Positions 25,501 through 37,402 of a stretch of DNA of 64,000 nucleotides are shown here, piece after piece. The stretch is from Zancudomyces culisetae HAW-14-8 (Eukaryota; Fungi; Kickxellomycota): positions 868,001-932,000 of the forward strand of contig JBNJNM010000011.1 of NCBI GenBank assembly GCA_052426225.1, written 5' to 3'. Below the pieces are notes generated by a model that saw only the letters and a program-made list of their open reading frames with translations, did not search any database and was not told the origin of the DNA. Each line of letters opens with the position of its first letter. Position 1 is the first letter of the stretch. A program made the translations under genes and the position numbers.

Positions 25501-27497
25501 TTGACTACATACCATCTATGCATTCCTGTATCGATTTTGTGCCCGAACTGATTGTCCAACCCACCGCTGGCCAGATGTTGTTTGCTGTCGAGTTGGCAGG
25601 TTGTTTGTTTTCTAAATACCCAACTCCTGTCTATGAAACCCTGGCTACTGAAGTTGTGCTGCCTCATATAACACTCTCGTTTGCACCCTTTTTATCTGCA
25701 CGCAACATCTCTTGCACTCGAGGTGATTTGCTCATAATCAACTCACTACTAACCGTTTTATTGAGAATTGCATTTGCTTTTCCTTCTCTTTTCCCCGAAT
25801 GTTTGCGGTTGATTACTAGCTTTATCTCTCAGACTTCTTTTAATTTGGATTCTCTTTTTACGCTGTTGACGTTGCCTGCACCTACACCTACGTCTATACC
25901 TACATCTACATCTATATCTACACCTATACCTACACCTACTAGTTCTACAAACACAGCTGTTGCTTCAGCAAAACCTGAAAAGTTTGTAGATATTTACACT
26001 ACCGCCAGAACAGCTTGGCTGCAATCCCTACTCCTGGTCCGCCTGAAAGCAGCCCATTCCCTACTTTCTGACAAAAGAAACAAACAATCCTGGCTTACCT
26101 CCAACCACTCTGACAGTCTCGATTTTGTCTTTCTATTTGATAAAGGTCCTCCTTCTTTCTCTTCTGCCTCATTTGCCCCCAGACAGCTTTCTTCTGCCAA
26201 TCTCCCTCACTACCAAAAACAGTTTTCCTCTCCCTCCAGAACTTCCACAAAACCTCAAAGATCTGCTTCCAACTTTCCCTTCTCTACATCTACATCTGCC
26301 ACCACTTCCACGTCTACATCTACCTCTACCTCTACCTCTACTTCTTTTCCCTCTTCCACCCGTTTATCTTTTGAGTCTCTCCCACCTTCTACCAACAACC
26401 CAATTCTACCTACCAGTCACAAACCCCCTTCCTTCCATTCTCATCTTCCACAATATCCACAATCTGTAAACATCAACACTAATACAAACCCAAACCCAAA
26501 TTCCAACATTACTGCTGCTAACGTTCCTCCAGAATCTTTTGCCTCTACCAACAACGGTAATATTCAACAACAACAACAACAACACCATCATCACCAGTCC
26601 AGTAAACACTATTCAAAGGATAAAGATAGAGATGGTTCTTCACACTACGTTTCCCAACCCAACAAATCTACAGATCATCCCACTCGAAACTCTTATAATA
26701 AGTTCAATACCTCCTCAACTCACTCTCATTCATCCAAAAAGAACTTCAACTTTTATTCCAACCCAAATCAAAGCCTAGGATCCAACTCCCAACAATCTTT
26801 TGACTCTTCTGCTGTTAAAACTTCTACCAATCTGCCCAGAAAACGCACCTTCAACAACAACAGCAACAACAACAACAATAACAACAGCAACCAATTCATT
26901 CAAAGAGACCTACCAGCTGATCCCTTTTCTAATATCCAAAATCAGCCCCAACAAACCTCTACCCAATTTGATTCTTCAAATCCTGTTTCAACCTCAAATC
27001 CGTCTTTTCCTCTCAACCAAAACCAAAACCAAAACCAAAACCAAAACCAAAGCCCAATCAATAATCCAAAGATTAATCCTAGCACACAGCCCTTTGTCTT
27101 TAATCCCTCGGTCTCTTCAATCCCTGGAATTGGCTTTGTTTCCACAATGAACACAGCCCCTAACCCAGCTACCACCGTGAATGCAAATACCAACATCAAC
27201 ACCAAACAACAAGGCTCTTTCAACAAACGCTCACACCCAAACAAACAATCCTATTTTACTCAACCTACCAATCCTGCATACCCCACTGGTGTTACTGGAA
27301 ATGCAGGTAGTACGCCAAAAAAGAAATTTAAATACAATAACTCCAATACGGCTAACTTTGGACCTGCTTTTAATTTTGCAGCGACGGCTGGTGGCACTGG
27401 TGTGCCTGGTATTGGAACTGCTAAAAACATTAACGCCAATCCTAACATTAACCAAAATACCAATTCTGGAAATTCTTTTAGACATCGACGTAAATAA
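22590..27497 (+). CDS. INTS2: Integrator complex subunit 2 (INTS2)-like protein with a long low-complexity C-terminal tail
   Basis: Intronless ORF, first ATG at 22590. Segments match animal INTS2 C-terminal blocks as I recall them: YSDLLVDSIPAKWIL, QDAAVIQLLL, HRQFLDVNMLQKLVHFETY...IPSMHSCIDFVPELI...FAVEL. Confidence 0.82.
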   Translation: MENSIKIEEDSATEELWKGTGKTMGAQEGIGEVKVEARDKDEKVELMDLDKKEQDIAEQKILKSLKKEEGEDVRREEVLGKIESRTIEIEIEAMELWKAQRKETINQIDKRNQQLMEFLRGGADIRKKIVLTSYMEFLEEIPVYLGVLRQRKIAESSGAPTADIDVAIANCMRWIKTKSVFWAATRSELGEQLKRIKSVAVGGDIAVGKEFNSGEELGEEIENTIGELLEEGRVLWINVPKTMEAIVLGHKSMRVVERLFLNRHDSGLQLLKRMLERYSVLPIVYQEAIKGIISEMSKIEEYQDEIKRQLEERRLMFGIYLRIIRHQAKTKKVGCIRDELNRVFCKGNIGWITSQTMAGPEEEIGVQQIIAEVVEELEESEERNDDGWIEPVRAICGILGYMRTESRWNDKSRVCCRVSKRAKTKEEAQVAAVLTILAITKTKGGGANASSNRNAMGSVIGNVMGPEVVEMLLEMVETKAFDSLAMVLVFTYFREMEEVERIVAEMANMDFVIPRNKIYRLAELIDLKGASGSANRQKLFSKVVEAVFSREGDIADGEKSNYRYKAGLRLMQSSELYMSTTNINVDIEKWLMDEMKSVRADKMEMVIKLVKQYVDSMEHLLLKAIDEQELGSVLRGERPVVSGMHGEVLNDRYLVFLFYLLYYNKKQLSVAQTQFRTVDKTDMRLKSAAKYGYEYSDLLVDSIPAKWILKLLEKYEHQQEYAVFVPEYCSMIITQYRYLIDSNPRDSLVLEDFSLQSAEYDGVWLSQNAKQEAKDMFIELFNMAETKSFWENERVEREIERVGRYWQQMYLVNPTDTIVGSVSGWNSTLQNQRSDPNLSIQQLWADPIAVFFGNDPRMFGHPVLVKIFLAVLHSLIQMSKLKYRRMYYLVLKKASRISAKASMFSAVVQLQDAAVIQLLLTNVLPAISSKYRSQASQLVYGYIHRQFLDVNMLQKLVHFETYNPQLVQGMVDYIPSMHSCIDFVPELIVQPTAGQMLFAVELAGCLFSKYPTPVYETLATEVVLPHITLSFAPFLSARNISCTRGDLLIINSLLTVLLRIAFAFPSLFPECLRLITSFISQTSFNLDSLFTLLTLPAPTPTSIPTSTSISTPIPTPTSSTNTAVASAKPEKFVDIYTTARTAWLQSLLLVRLKAAHSLLSDKRNKQSWLTSNHSDSLDFVFLFDKGPPSFSSASFAPRQLSSANLPHYQKQFSSPSRTSTKPQRSASNFPFSTSTSATTSTSTSTSTSTSTSFPSSTRLSFESLPPSTNNPILPTSHKPPSFHSHLPQYPQSVNINTNTNPNPNSNITAANVPPESFASTNNGNIQQQQQQHHHHQSSKHYSKDKDRDGSSHYVSQPNKSTDHPTRNSYNKFNTSSTHSHSSKKNFNFYSNPNQSLGSNSQQSFDSSAVKTSTNLPRKRTFNNNSNNNNNNNSNQFIQRDLPADPFSNIQNQPQQTSTQFDSSNPVSTSNPSFPLNQNQNQNQNQNQSPINNPKINPSTQPFVFNPSVSSIPGIGFVSTMNTAPNPATTVNANTNINTKQQGSFNKRSHPNKQSYFTQPTNPAYPTGVTGNAGSTPKKKFKYNNSNTANFGPAFNFAATAGGTGVPGIGTAKNINANPNINQNTNSGNSFRHRRK
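27015..27049 (+). repeat. (AACCAA)n coding microsatellite encoding NQNQNQ
   Basis: Direct hexamer tandem repeat in the INTS2 tail. AAC runs (poly-N, poly-Q) occur nearby at ~26565 and ~26855. Confidence 0.9.
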
Positions 27498-27845
27498 ATC
27501 CTTCTCAAACGGAGAATTTATTTTTACTATTCTATCCTTTTCTCTTCTCAAACAGGAGAGTTAAAATTGTACACTTATATTTCACATTTGTAGAGCTTAT
27601 ATTTAAATTTTGTTCTCTTTATTAAAATAGCTTAATAATTACTTTTTATTTTATTTTTGGTTGTATATGATCAAATAACCCAATGGCAAAAAAAAATGCA
27701 CAAAAAAAATTTTTTTTACAGTGAATTATATTGCATCAATCAGAATAATAATATATTCGATTCATTAAAGTCCTTTTAGCAGTAGTTTGTAAAAAAAGAA
27801 AATTAAATATAGAAATTTGGGAAAAAAAGACCAAGAAAATAAAGG

Positions 27846-29714
27846 ATGGGAAAAAGTAAACGAAAGAGTCTTGATACTTCAAACTCGAACAGCTTGAAAA
27901 TCAAGTTGGATGCCGACAATGAGGCAATTTCTCAGCAGCCACCAGTTGTATTAGGTGCTTTTGGGACTGGGATTGCTCCACCGTTATCTGCAAAGTACAC
28001 TGTTGAAGTCGACAGGAAAAAATCGCGGGAGCCAAAGATTGTTGCGCACACGCGAGTTGGTAAGATGCAATTTGTGGGCAAAAACTATGGTGATGAAGTC
28101 GAAGGTTACAAACACAATCAGTAAGTTGTAATATTCAAAAAACTATCAAGAAAAATGAAAATAAAAATAAAAATAAAATCAAAAGTAACAATAAGGAGAG
28201 AGTGTGTGTGAGTGAGGAGATATTATATATTGTATTTTACCAGCTTTTTTTATTATTGTGAATATTTTAGATACTTGGTTGGAGAAATTGATCGTTCGAC
28301 TAATACTGTGACCTTTAAAAAGGCATCGGTTGTATGTTTCACATCAAGTGTTGCAAATCTACAAGGTACTGCTGGCGAAGGCCAAGATAGCGAGATAAAA
28401 CCCGAAAACTACAATGAAAAGCGAACAGACTTGGGATTAACGTTTGGTAGCAAGAAACGCAAGACCCAGCTGCGGGCCACTGAGAGAAACATTATTGATG
28501 TGGCAGAGATCAAGAATTCCGAGAATTCAATTACTACTGCTGTCGAATCACGGGCAGCAGAAACAGCAGACCTTGATTCGGCGGCCGGTGAGACTGGTCT
28601 GGAAAACGAGGTTGATCGGCCAATCCCAGTCCACAACCTGGAGGAGACTCAGGTGCCACGTGTGTATGATCCAAAGGATTATTCTCCAAATAATATTACG
28701 AGAAATTGTCCAACTTCCCAACTTGTGGAAACTGGCGGTGATTTGGAACAACTGGTAAAATTGTTGAAGGTCGAGTAAGTAGTATTTACTATATTTATAC
28801 ATCTATACATCTATACATCTATATATATATTGGTCTGTATACTCTACGAATTAATTCAAAAGAAATCGTTTGTTCATTCTTTTTTCTGTATTGTTTTTTA
28901 CACACAAACTTGTAAATAGCACCGATTTTGCTGCAAAAAAAATTGCAGAGTGTCTCAGGGATGGCGACACATCGTCACCAGTACTTGGCAGATGTTATTT
29001 GCTGGCAGCTATGGCCAGATTTTACAAACTGCGGGATTCTGACTTGAGAAACTTGAGGCGGTCTCCAGTCTTTTCAGATGTTCCATCGCCCATTGCCAAT
29101 TACCTTTCAAATAAATTTACTGAAAGTTCGAAAATGTCTAGTGGAAAATCATCGTAAGTATATTCTTAAACATAAGTATTAGTATTAGTATTAGTAATAC
29201 TATCAATCGAAGGACTGAGATGACCGCTTTGTAAATCACACATTTATTTATTAAACATATTTTCATTTATTAAAACAACTTTTGTAGCTCCAAAATCACC
29301 AAATATTGTAAAGATAAACTCCTCTGCTATTCTGCAGTTCTAATGCTGTCATTAAACGACTGGAAAATCGATGTCTCTTACTTTGCCAGAGAATTTGGAC
29401 TCAAACCATCCGTTGCCACAGACTACCTCAGAACCATTGGTTGTAGGCTCCAAGCCGGCTCGTCCTCTGCCGACTCCGGCTCGTTATTCACCACATCATC
29501 TACTATTGTCAATAATCTGACTAATACTGACATTGATAATGTTAATGAGAATGAGAATGAGAACGAGAATAACGATGATGATGCCACACAAAATTCTCAA
29601 ACTGCCAATGCTGCCACGGCTGGTCTTGTTGCTGGTGGTGTGGGTCAGGGAAGTGTTGCTATTTTGGTTGCTCCCTTGAAATTCCCATCCATTTCAAAAA
29701 GAAAGCGTAGATAA
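27846..29714 (+). CDS. RPA49: RNA polymerase I subunit RPA49 (A49/PAF53), 4 exons
   Basis: Exons 27846-28120, 28271-28774, 28920-29153 and 29288-29714, with consistent phases. Motifs RTDLGLTFGSKKRK, KDKLLCY, YLRTIGC and terminal LVAPLKFP..KRKRR. Confidence 0.85.
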
Positions 29715-30255
29715 AACTTCTTTTCTTTTTTTCTTTCTTTCTTTTTATATTTATCTGCTTTATACCATTTCCTTTAGATACCGAAAAGCTTTTATATTTG
29801 TGAATAAAAATTTCTCCCTTAATATAATGAGTTTTATTAATTTATTTATTTATTTATTCTTGTTACTACTTTCTACATATATTTTTATATAACTAACTAG
29901 GTCATCAACATCCGCAAGCACCACAATCTGTTTGTCACCATAATAAATTAGGCCCATTATAGAAAAATCAATGGGTAAAAATAAATATAAAAAGAAAGGA
30001 AAATAAACAATAGCAACACGATTTTTTTTATTTTACACTTTTAAATCGTTTTATTCCGCTACAAGGCTTGTATGCAATACATTGTAATATACTCTAAAGA
30101 AATATTCAATTGGTAATATTTTTATCCCCATATTATCCACTATAATTATTCGATCCTCGACTAAAAAAAAAAAGAATAGTTCTAAAACGCTATACATACA
30201 TCCCTGACAGCCGCGGAGGTATACTAGAAATTAGAAAAACAAACGAAATCTTAAA

Positions 30256-32204
30256 ATGCCAACTTATGGAGGAGGTAAAGTTTTTTTTTTTGCTTTTTTA
30301 TGCTTTTTTTCAGATTTTTACTCTTGCTGAATACGCCATAAAAGTAAACAAATAGTTAAATTTACAACCTTAAAACAAGAATAAAAAACAAAAAACAAAA
30401 AAGAAAACTAAATGTCCAAGCAAATTTAATTACTCTATAGATGAAGTAAACGCTCTAGTGTTTGATATTGGTACTTGCTGGACACGAGCTGGGTTTGCGG
30501 GAGATGACAGCCCGATGGCGTATTTCTCGACGTTGGTGGGTGCAATAGCCGATTCTTCTACACCAGCAAGTGGACCCAAGAGTCCTACAAAACAACAACA
30601 ACAACAAAACGGCAGCGATGTCATCAAAACCGAAGAGACAAATGACCAAACGATGATGGAGGTTGAAAATCTAAATAATGGCAGTTTGGATTCTTCAGCG
30701 CCACCAGTGGCCGAAACAAATAGCAGCGGCAAGCATACACGATTGTACCCAGATGCGTTGGGACTGGATGCGTTCAGGGCGAATATGGAGATCCGCAAAA
30801 TCTTTTCTGACGGAATTGTGACGGATTGGGAAGCCTATGAAAGCCTGATTGACTATATATACAACACTAAACTACGAGTTCGTAGTGAAGAGCACCCAAT
30901 ATTAGTTTCCGAAGTTGCATGGAACAGTAACGAAGCCAGAGAGAAATTGACCGAAATATTTTTTGAAAAGTACAATGTCCCTGGTTTTTATCTTGCTAAA
31001 GATGCCGTATTATCGACGTAAGTGCTATAAGTACATATATATATAATGTATATGATTGTGTATTTATTTGTGTCTCTATCTGGAATTATAGTTTCGGAGT
31101 AGGGAAATCTACGGCTTTGGTTATCGATTCAGGAGCTGAATTCACGAGTGTAGTTCCAGTATACGATGGTTATGCATTGAAAAAAGGTAGTTAAATCATT
31201 TTTTTTTAAACATTTAACTCGGTTGATATAACACAGTCTTTGTTTGGTTCCTCACTGCACAATCTTTATACCATCACCGCTTTTTAGATGTAAAAAAGTC
31301 AAAGGTTGATAATGTATTGGTGGTTTTTTATGTACAATAAAACTAGGTGTGGTCAAACAAAGCATAGGAGGAAATTTCGTTTCAGAGCAAATATTAGACT
31401 ACCTAAAGCAACAGTACGACTACGAAGTGCGATCGGTGTTCGAAGTCAAATCAAAACAGCCAGTTGAGGCAGGCGAAAAGCCCATTTTTCAGTTGCGAAA
31501 GTTTGAGGACGTTACAAGTTCATACCGAAAACAGATGCAACTGAGGACAATAGCAGACTATAAAGAGAGTATTTGTCAAGTGTTTGAAGCAACATACGAT
31601 GAAAACTTTGCATCAACACGAGGTACAAAGGCCTACGAGTTCCCCGATGGCTTCAATATGGTTATTGGTCCTGAGCGATTCAAATTTCCTGAAGTTATGT
31701 TCCAACCAAAAATATGCTACAATGAGGGAAGCGAGGACTCGTCGTCGATCATTACACAGGACACCAAGAGTATTCAGCAACTGGCCCAAAACAGCATTAT
31801 GAATTGCGATGTTGATTTGAGGCCTCATTTGCTCAACAACATTACACTTACCGGTGGAAACACACTGTTTCCCGGATTTGTGGAAAGGCTAAACCTTGAA
31901 TTATCCAAGCTATTCCAAGCAGTAAGTTTCATCTTTTATTACCCAATACCCAACACCCAATATTCATTATCTATCAGTCACCACCTACCCTTTATTATTC
32001 TTTACTAACCTATAAACCCATAACCAACAATATAAATAGTCAAGAGTGCGGGTTTATACTTCGGGGTCTAACATTGATAGAAAGTATACTACGTGGCTTG
32101 GTGGATCGATTTTAGCATCACTAGGGACTTTTCATCAAATGTGGGTCTCTGCAGAAGAGTACCACGAGTCTGGAAGCGCCATTATTCACAAGCGTTGTTA
32201 TTAA
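30256..32204 (+). CDS. ARP4: nuclear actin-related protein 4 (Arp4/BAF53), 5 exons
   Basis: Exons 30256-30274, 30441-31017, 31092-31186, 31347-31921 and 32040-32204. Motifs [61 protein letters not shown]. Confidence 0.93.
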
Positions 32205-32359
32205 TCTTCACCACTCTTTCATCACTCGTTTTAAATTTCACGTTTCTCATTTCTCATTTCTTTTTTTGTCTTTATTATTTTTGAAAATTACTTTTCTAGT
32301 ATATAATCGAAACCGCAAACATCCAATAATATTCATAACGACTAGTATGGAGTGCCCAT

Positions 32360-33973
32360 TTAATCTCTAAATTTACCAGCACCAAGTTGGATAACTCCAT
32401 ACTTACCCTTATGCTTCCACCCTGGGTCCTCCGAGTCTAACCTTGCGCTCAACCCGCTGCTCAATCCAACTATGGTATCTGCTTTCAGCGTTCTTAATGC
32501 CACAATTGCGGGTACACCTGGTGCAGTTGAAATAGATTTTCCAATAGCAGTTTCAAATGGTGTATCTTCAGGCCATTTAAGATCTGAAACCAACTTTCTG
32601 TAATTCAAATCGCCCTTGAATAGCAGCATATCGCTCGCTGCTGATATTTTTTTCCACAGCTCTGGGGCATACTTGGTGATGTACTTGGTTGGGTATGGCC
32701 CTGTCCAGAACAGATCGTCTTCAAATCTCCAAACTCCAGTCTTGTAATACTGATCCCTCCATCTCTGGCCCATTTTTGTTAGTTTTAAAATATCCTGGGA
32801 GTTGCCTGAAAAAAAGTCGGCATTTGAACAACACTCCAATGTCCACTCGAAATCTGCTCTTGTCACGTCTGATACATACCATGGAATTCTTTTCCCGTGA
32901 AAAACTACCTCAGTGGCATATCCTAGCTCCACAGCCCAGTTGGCAAAGATCAAGTCATTAAATAGCTCAAACCCTGAATTGTCGAGTACTATATCAATTC
33001 TCTTGACCCCACCATTGGTTCCATTCGCTTCATTTCGGCTATTTATTCTCTCAAAAATCTGGTGGATCTTTAAACTGTCGTTGCTAATAAGATTCTTATT
33101 AATATTGTCATCATCTTTTGCCGCCCCACTACCATTATTGCCACTGGCTAACAGTTTTGCTTGCAGTTTCTCCAAATCTCCGCTTTTGAGATCAGGAAAC
33201 ATCGACAAATCTGTTTGGTTCCCCCACAAACTGGTCTGCAACACCTCCAAGAATCCTACCAATCTTCTCTTTGCCATTTCGTCCTGAAGTGCTAAACCTT
33301 GGACCTGCTGCTCACCGATATTTTCAACCTTACACTCTTCAACGCAGTCATACGCCCTCCCCCCCAGTGTTATCACTGCTTGTGCCGATGCTACAAACGT
33401 TTTCTTTTTTTGGTGTTCAAAATAGTCAAAGTCTTTATAAGTGACTGCTCTGTTGAATATTCCGGCTATTCTACGATACAGATAGGGTTCCCACCAGATG
33501 AATGGTGTCTCGAACCACCGCTCACCCTTAAAATAATTTTCTCCATACTGGTTATATTCTTCTACGTCACCAATGTTGTCCTTGGCAAGTGGTCTATTTT
33601 TTGTTATTTTTGTTGTATTGATTTATTTTTACTTTTTAAATTAAAAAAATTCTGTCCAGAATTGTCGTAATAAAACATTTCCCTTATACTCCCAACCTTT
33701 GCAAACAATGTATAAACATGCACTAAAAACTTACTTTAAAACTTCATTTCGCTTCATTTCCTCTCGAAGCTCCATCAACTCTTGCACAATCTTGTTCCCT
33801 TCCTCAACTCTGGCAGCATTTCCTAATTCTTGATCCTGAATCAGCTCCCGCTTTACCGTGTTAACAATTTCGTCCATGATTTGCGGAACGCGGACCTCCA
33901 GCGACTCCTGTGTAAAAGGATTGTTTGCTGCAGAACAATACGCATATGGTGTCTTGTTTGGTTCGAATTCCAT
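32360..33973 (-). CDS. DUF89/ARMT1 damage-control phosphatase, 2 exons
   Basis: Exons 33973-33735 and 33593-32360. Motifs EPYLYRR, SLWGNQTDLS, IVLDNSGFEL, KRIPWYVSDV, FKGDLNYRKL, LRTLKAD. Confidence 0.92.
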
Positions 33974-34918
33974 CGTAATTGGCAATGTAATTTTGTTGAA
34001 AATTTGTAGTTTTTCTTTAGTTTTTAGAAATACTGTGCTTTTGAAAATTGGATGGTTAATTAAACTAGAACTGAATCGAAAAAAAGTAATACTGTTTGTT
34101 AATTTTAATGTGACTTTACTAATTGGAAATATAAATTTACAAATTAGCCTTTGCCCCACAACAAAACTTAGACCATCAATATTGACAAAATTTACTACAA
34201 GAAGAAGAGGTATCCTGGCTAAAAACAATAGAAAAAACCTTAAAGATACAGCTTTTGATGTTACGCATAATCAACTTGTTTAGTGATATTTACAGACGTA
34301 TATAAACAGGTTTAAACCGAAAAGTTGGTAGGCAGAGCAGGAATAAATACTCGTTTGCTATTGATTCAAAACACATAAAGTGGTTTAAACCAAAAATAAA
34401 AGTAGCTGCTAATAGCTGTGGGTTTGACAATGGACAATGTGAGCACAGCTGAGATCTATTGCACAGCGGTTTTTGGCTTTTCTTTTCTTGTATCTACAGA
34501 TTCAGAGCAGAATGTGCTCTAAAACACTCAAATATAAGGCCGATTTAGTTACTTGTCAGTATAATCTGTTTTTTTTTTGTTTAGTGATGCTTTCGACTTT
34601 AACTATCCAGTATTTTTTGAGTTTTCTGTTGCTACTTTACGGATGGCTCAAACTGCAAACCGTAACTAGGTCAATAATGTAAAAAAAAATACTGCCGCTA
34701 ATATAAAAACATCACAAAGATTTTCATAAAACAAATAATAAACTCAAGTATAGTTTTTATCCAAGAGATGAATCTCGAACCAAGTCATCTGGTGGGGTTT
34801 ATTTAAAATGAAAACACGTAATCAACTGGAGTACTTTTGCGCATTAACACATGGAAAAGTAACGAATACTATAAAAATAAAAACTATATGTGATGGTCAA
34901 TGTTAGCCAAAATACGAC

Positions 34919-36284
34919 TTAGGCGTCAAGATCTGGAGAAGGCCAGGTGTAGCTCTGAAAGGGTGCTAAGATTCTTGAGACCTTGCTTATACATGCATTG
35001 TATTTTTCAATGGACTTTATCTTTTCGGCTGGAAGCTCTGCTGATGAAATCGCGTTATCAACAACCAAATATTTTGAATCAGCCAGAGCTTCAATAGCAT
35101 CATACACTTGAGATTCACCAAGCATTCCAACAACATACCCATCGGCTACGTAATCGCTCGTTTCACCACCTAGTTCTGATGGACTAATGTTTGATGCACC
35201 AAAAGCCAGTGAAAATGCAGCTCTTAGTGAAAGGTCAGCAAGCTCAACTCCTTCCTGAGAACATACTTTTACACATTCCCTTACAGCATCCTTTAGCTCT
35301 TTACTTGCGGGATGCCAGTCTGGTGGACCCTGCGATCTCAATAGCCCCATAGAAAGTGGCGATGCCATTACAACTGTCTTTACTCCAGCACGTCTAAAGT
35401 CTTTAATCTTTTCTACACCTTGTTTATTGTGGATGTTTGCATGACAATATGTGAGAATAATATCTAGTGGTTGGCCCTTTTTGTACTGAATCTCTGCAAT
35501 TTTGTAAAGTACATCGAGCGGATATCCTATAGTATCATCCAACGTTTGCATTTAAGCATTGTGATGTTTATCAAGCATTTCCCTCTAATGACTAAGACAA
35601 GAAAATAGGGGAGAGCGGGGGTAAAAACACGCAAAAGATAAAAATGTGAAGAATCTTACCACTAATCCCAACATTGCGTATTACACCCTTCTCTTTCAAT
35701 TTAAAGAGTTGAGGGATAGCAACATGTATTACTGTATCTATGTCATCAATAAATTCAACATCATGGCAAAATACATAATCGAGATAGTCAGTTCCCAGCC
35801 TTTCCAAACTTGTCATGACACTTTTTTCTACACGTTCAGCACTGTAATCAAAGTCTTTTTTATGGTATCCATATCTTCCGACTTTTGTAGAAATCATGTA
35901 TGTATTTCTTGGAAAGTCTTTACTGATCTCTTGTAGTACTTTTCCCAGTCGAATTTCACTATCACCGTAGTAGGGCGATGTATCTACCCAGTTTATCCCT
36001 AAATAATGTATATTCAATTGGCAGTCAATATCATTTTTTTCCCTTAGTGTCTTTTATGAATACGGCAGAGACATTAGATATCGATAGTTAATAGTATTTA
36101 ATCTTTATCAACACATTTACTATAATCATATACTTGGCAGTAACAATATTAAATATATATTCAAAAAGCAACACGTACCATTTTGAAATGCAGTAACAAC
36201 GGTTTCGTGGGGAATCTGGTTATCAAATTCATCATAGAATCCGCTAAAGGTACCTGCTCCCAATCCTATCTTTGAAAGTTTCAT
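34919..36284 (-). CDS. aldo-keto reductase, D-arabinose/L-galactose dehydrogenase (ARA2-like), 3 exons
   Basis: Exons 36284-36179, 35998-35660 and 35526-34919. Motifs GLGAG, DTSPYYG.SE, STKVGRYG, CHDVEF, GISGYPL, ASPLSMGLL, WHPA. Confidence 0.9.
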
Positions 36285-37163
36285 TTATGCGCTAGATTTA
36301 TCAATATATTTCCACTCTTATAAAAGCTTGGTTAAGGTTTTATTCGAATGCTGAGTGAAAAATCAAGTGTATATGTATGCATTTGAGGAGAAACAGAGAA
36401 AATAATGGAAGATTTAGACGAATGAATCAAATCGCTGGTTGGCTTGTTTCAGGTTTATTCTTTTTTCCTCTTGGGGGTTATTTTGCTGAGCGAAGTGCAA
36501 CCCAAATCAATTGCATCCGAAATAAAACATGCATTGTACCCAATAAGGATATTGAACATTTGTGCTGAAAAAAAACCCAAAAAGCATTGAGATAGGAATG
36601 TTAATACAGTGCTGGCTTTGTTGGCACACTGTATACCAAACCTATTGCTTGATATTCCTGAAGGTCGCTACAAGCTCACCAAGAAAAGTACACCCAGTGC
36701 AGCCAGAAAAAAAAAACCTCAGCACTTGTGTGAACAGGAAGCTGCATTAGCACAGCAGGATGGAGGCGAAATCCCAGTGACAGTGCTAGGTGAGATTTTC
36801 AGCCAACGTGGCAAATAGCTATTTACATCCGTATCCATATCTGTATAAGTCAATATTTAGCAAAGGGTGTGGGAGATATTTTATAAAAAACATTTACTAG
36901 CAATGCAGAGAAAAAACTAGAGATATCTACTTTGGTGATGTAGGTTGCAGACTCGTCCGTTTATCTCATAATAAGCATTGCTGTTCTACACTGTATTTAG
37001 AATTCTGTCTTATGTAAAAGGAACCAGAAAAGAAATGATATATACAGGAATGATTCATGAAAACACACTTTCGATTGGAGGAAAGGGGACAAGGGGGAAA
37101 AGGAACGATTGCAAATAGTTCCAGTCACTCAATACTTTTAATGAAGGAAACGCAAATGATTGC

Positions 37164-37181
37164 TGAAAAAAAATTTTTTTT
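37164..37181. promoter_or_regulatory. RRPE-like A8T8 palindrome in the eRF1 promoter
   Basis: TG followed by A8T8, ~220 bp upstream of the ATG. Similar motifs at 27702-27717, 40132-40148, 47620-47630 and 21606-21622. Confidence 0.4.
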
Positions 37182-37402
37182 CCTATTGTCAGCTTTTTAC
37201 ACAGCCTTTTTTTTCGTGGGTTTCAGTTAAAGAAAACACAACCATAAAGCAAAATAAAAACTATTAAAAGGCTGATAAAAGCGAGCAAAGATTCTTTTAG
37301 CCAAGGTTTTGACGATTAGCCGACTCTTCATTCGCCATCAGTTATCTTACGATATTATAGAAAGCAAGAAAAAAACGAGAACACAAGCAAAAGACGAACA
37401 AC

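Noticed and set aside
36609-36818. 69-aa ORF in the AKR/eRF1 divergent region
   Set aside because: Non-ATG start, no recognisable motif and no supporting splice structure.
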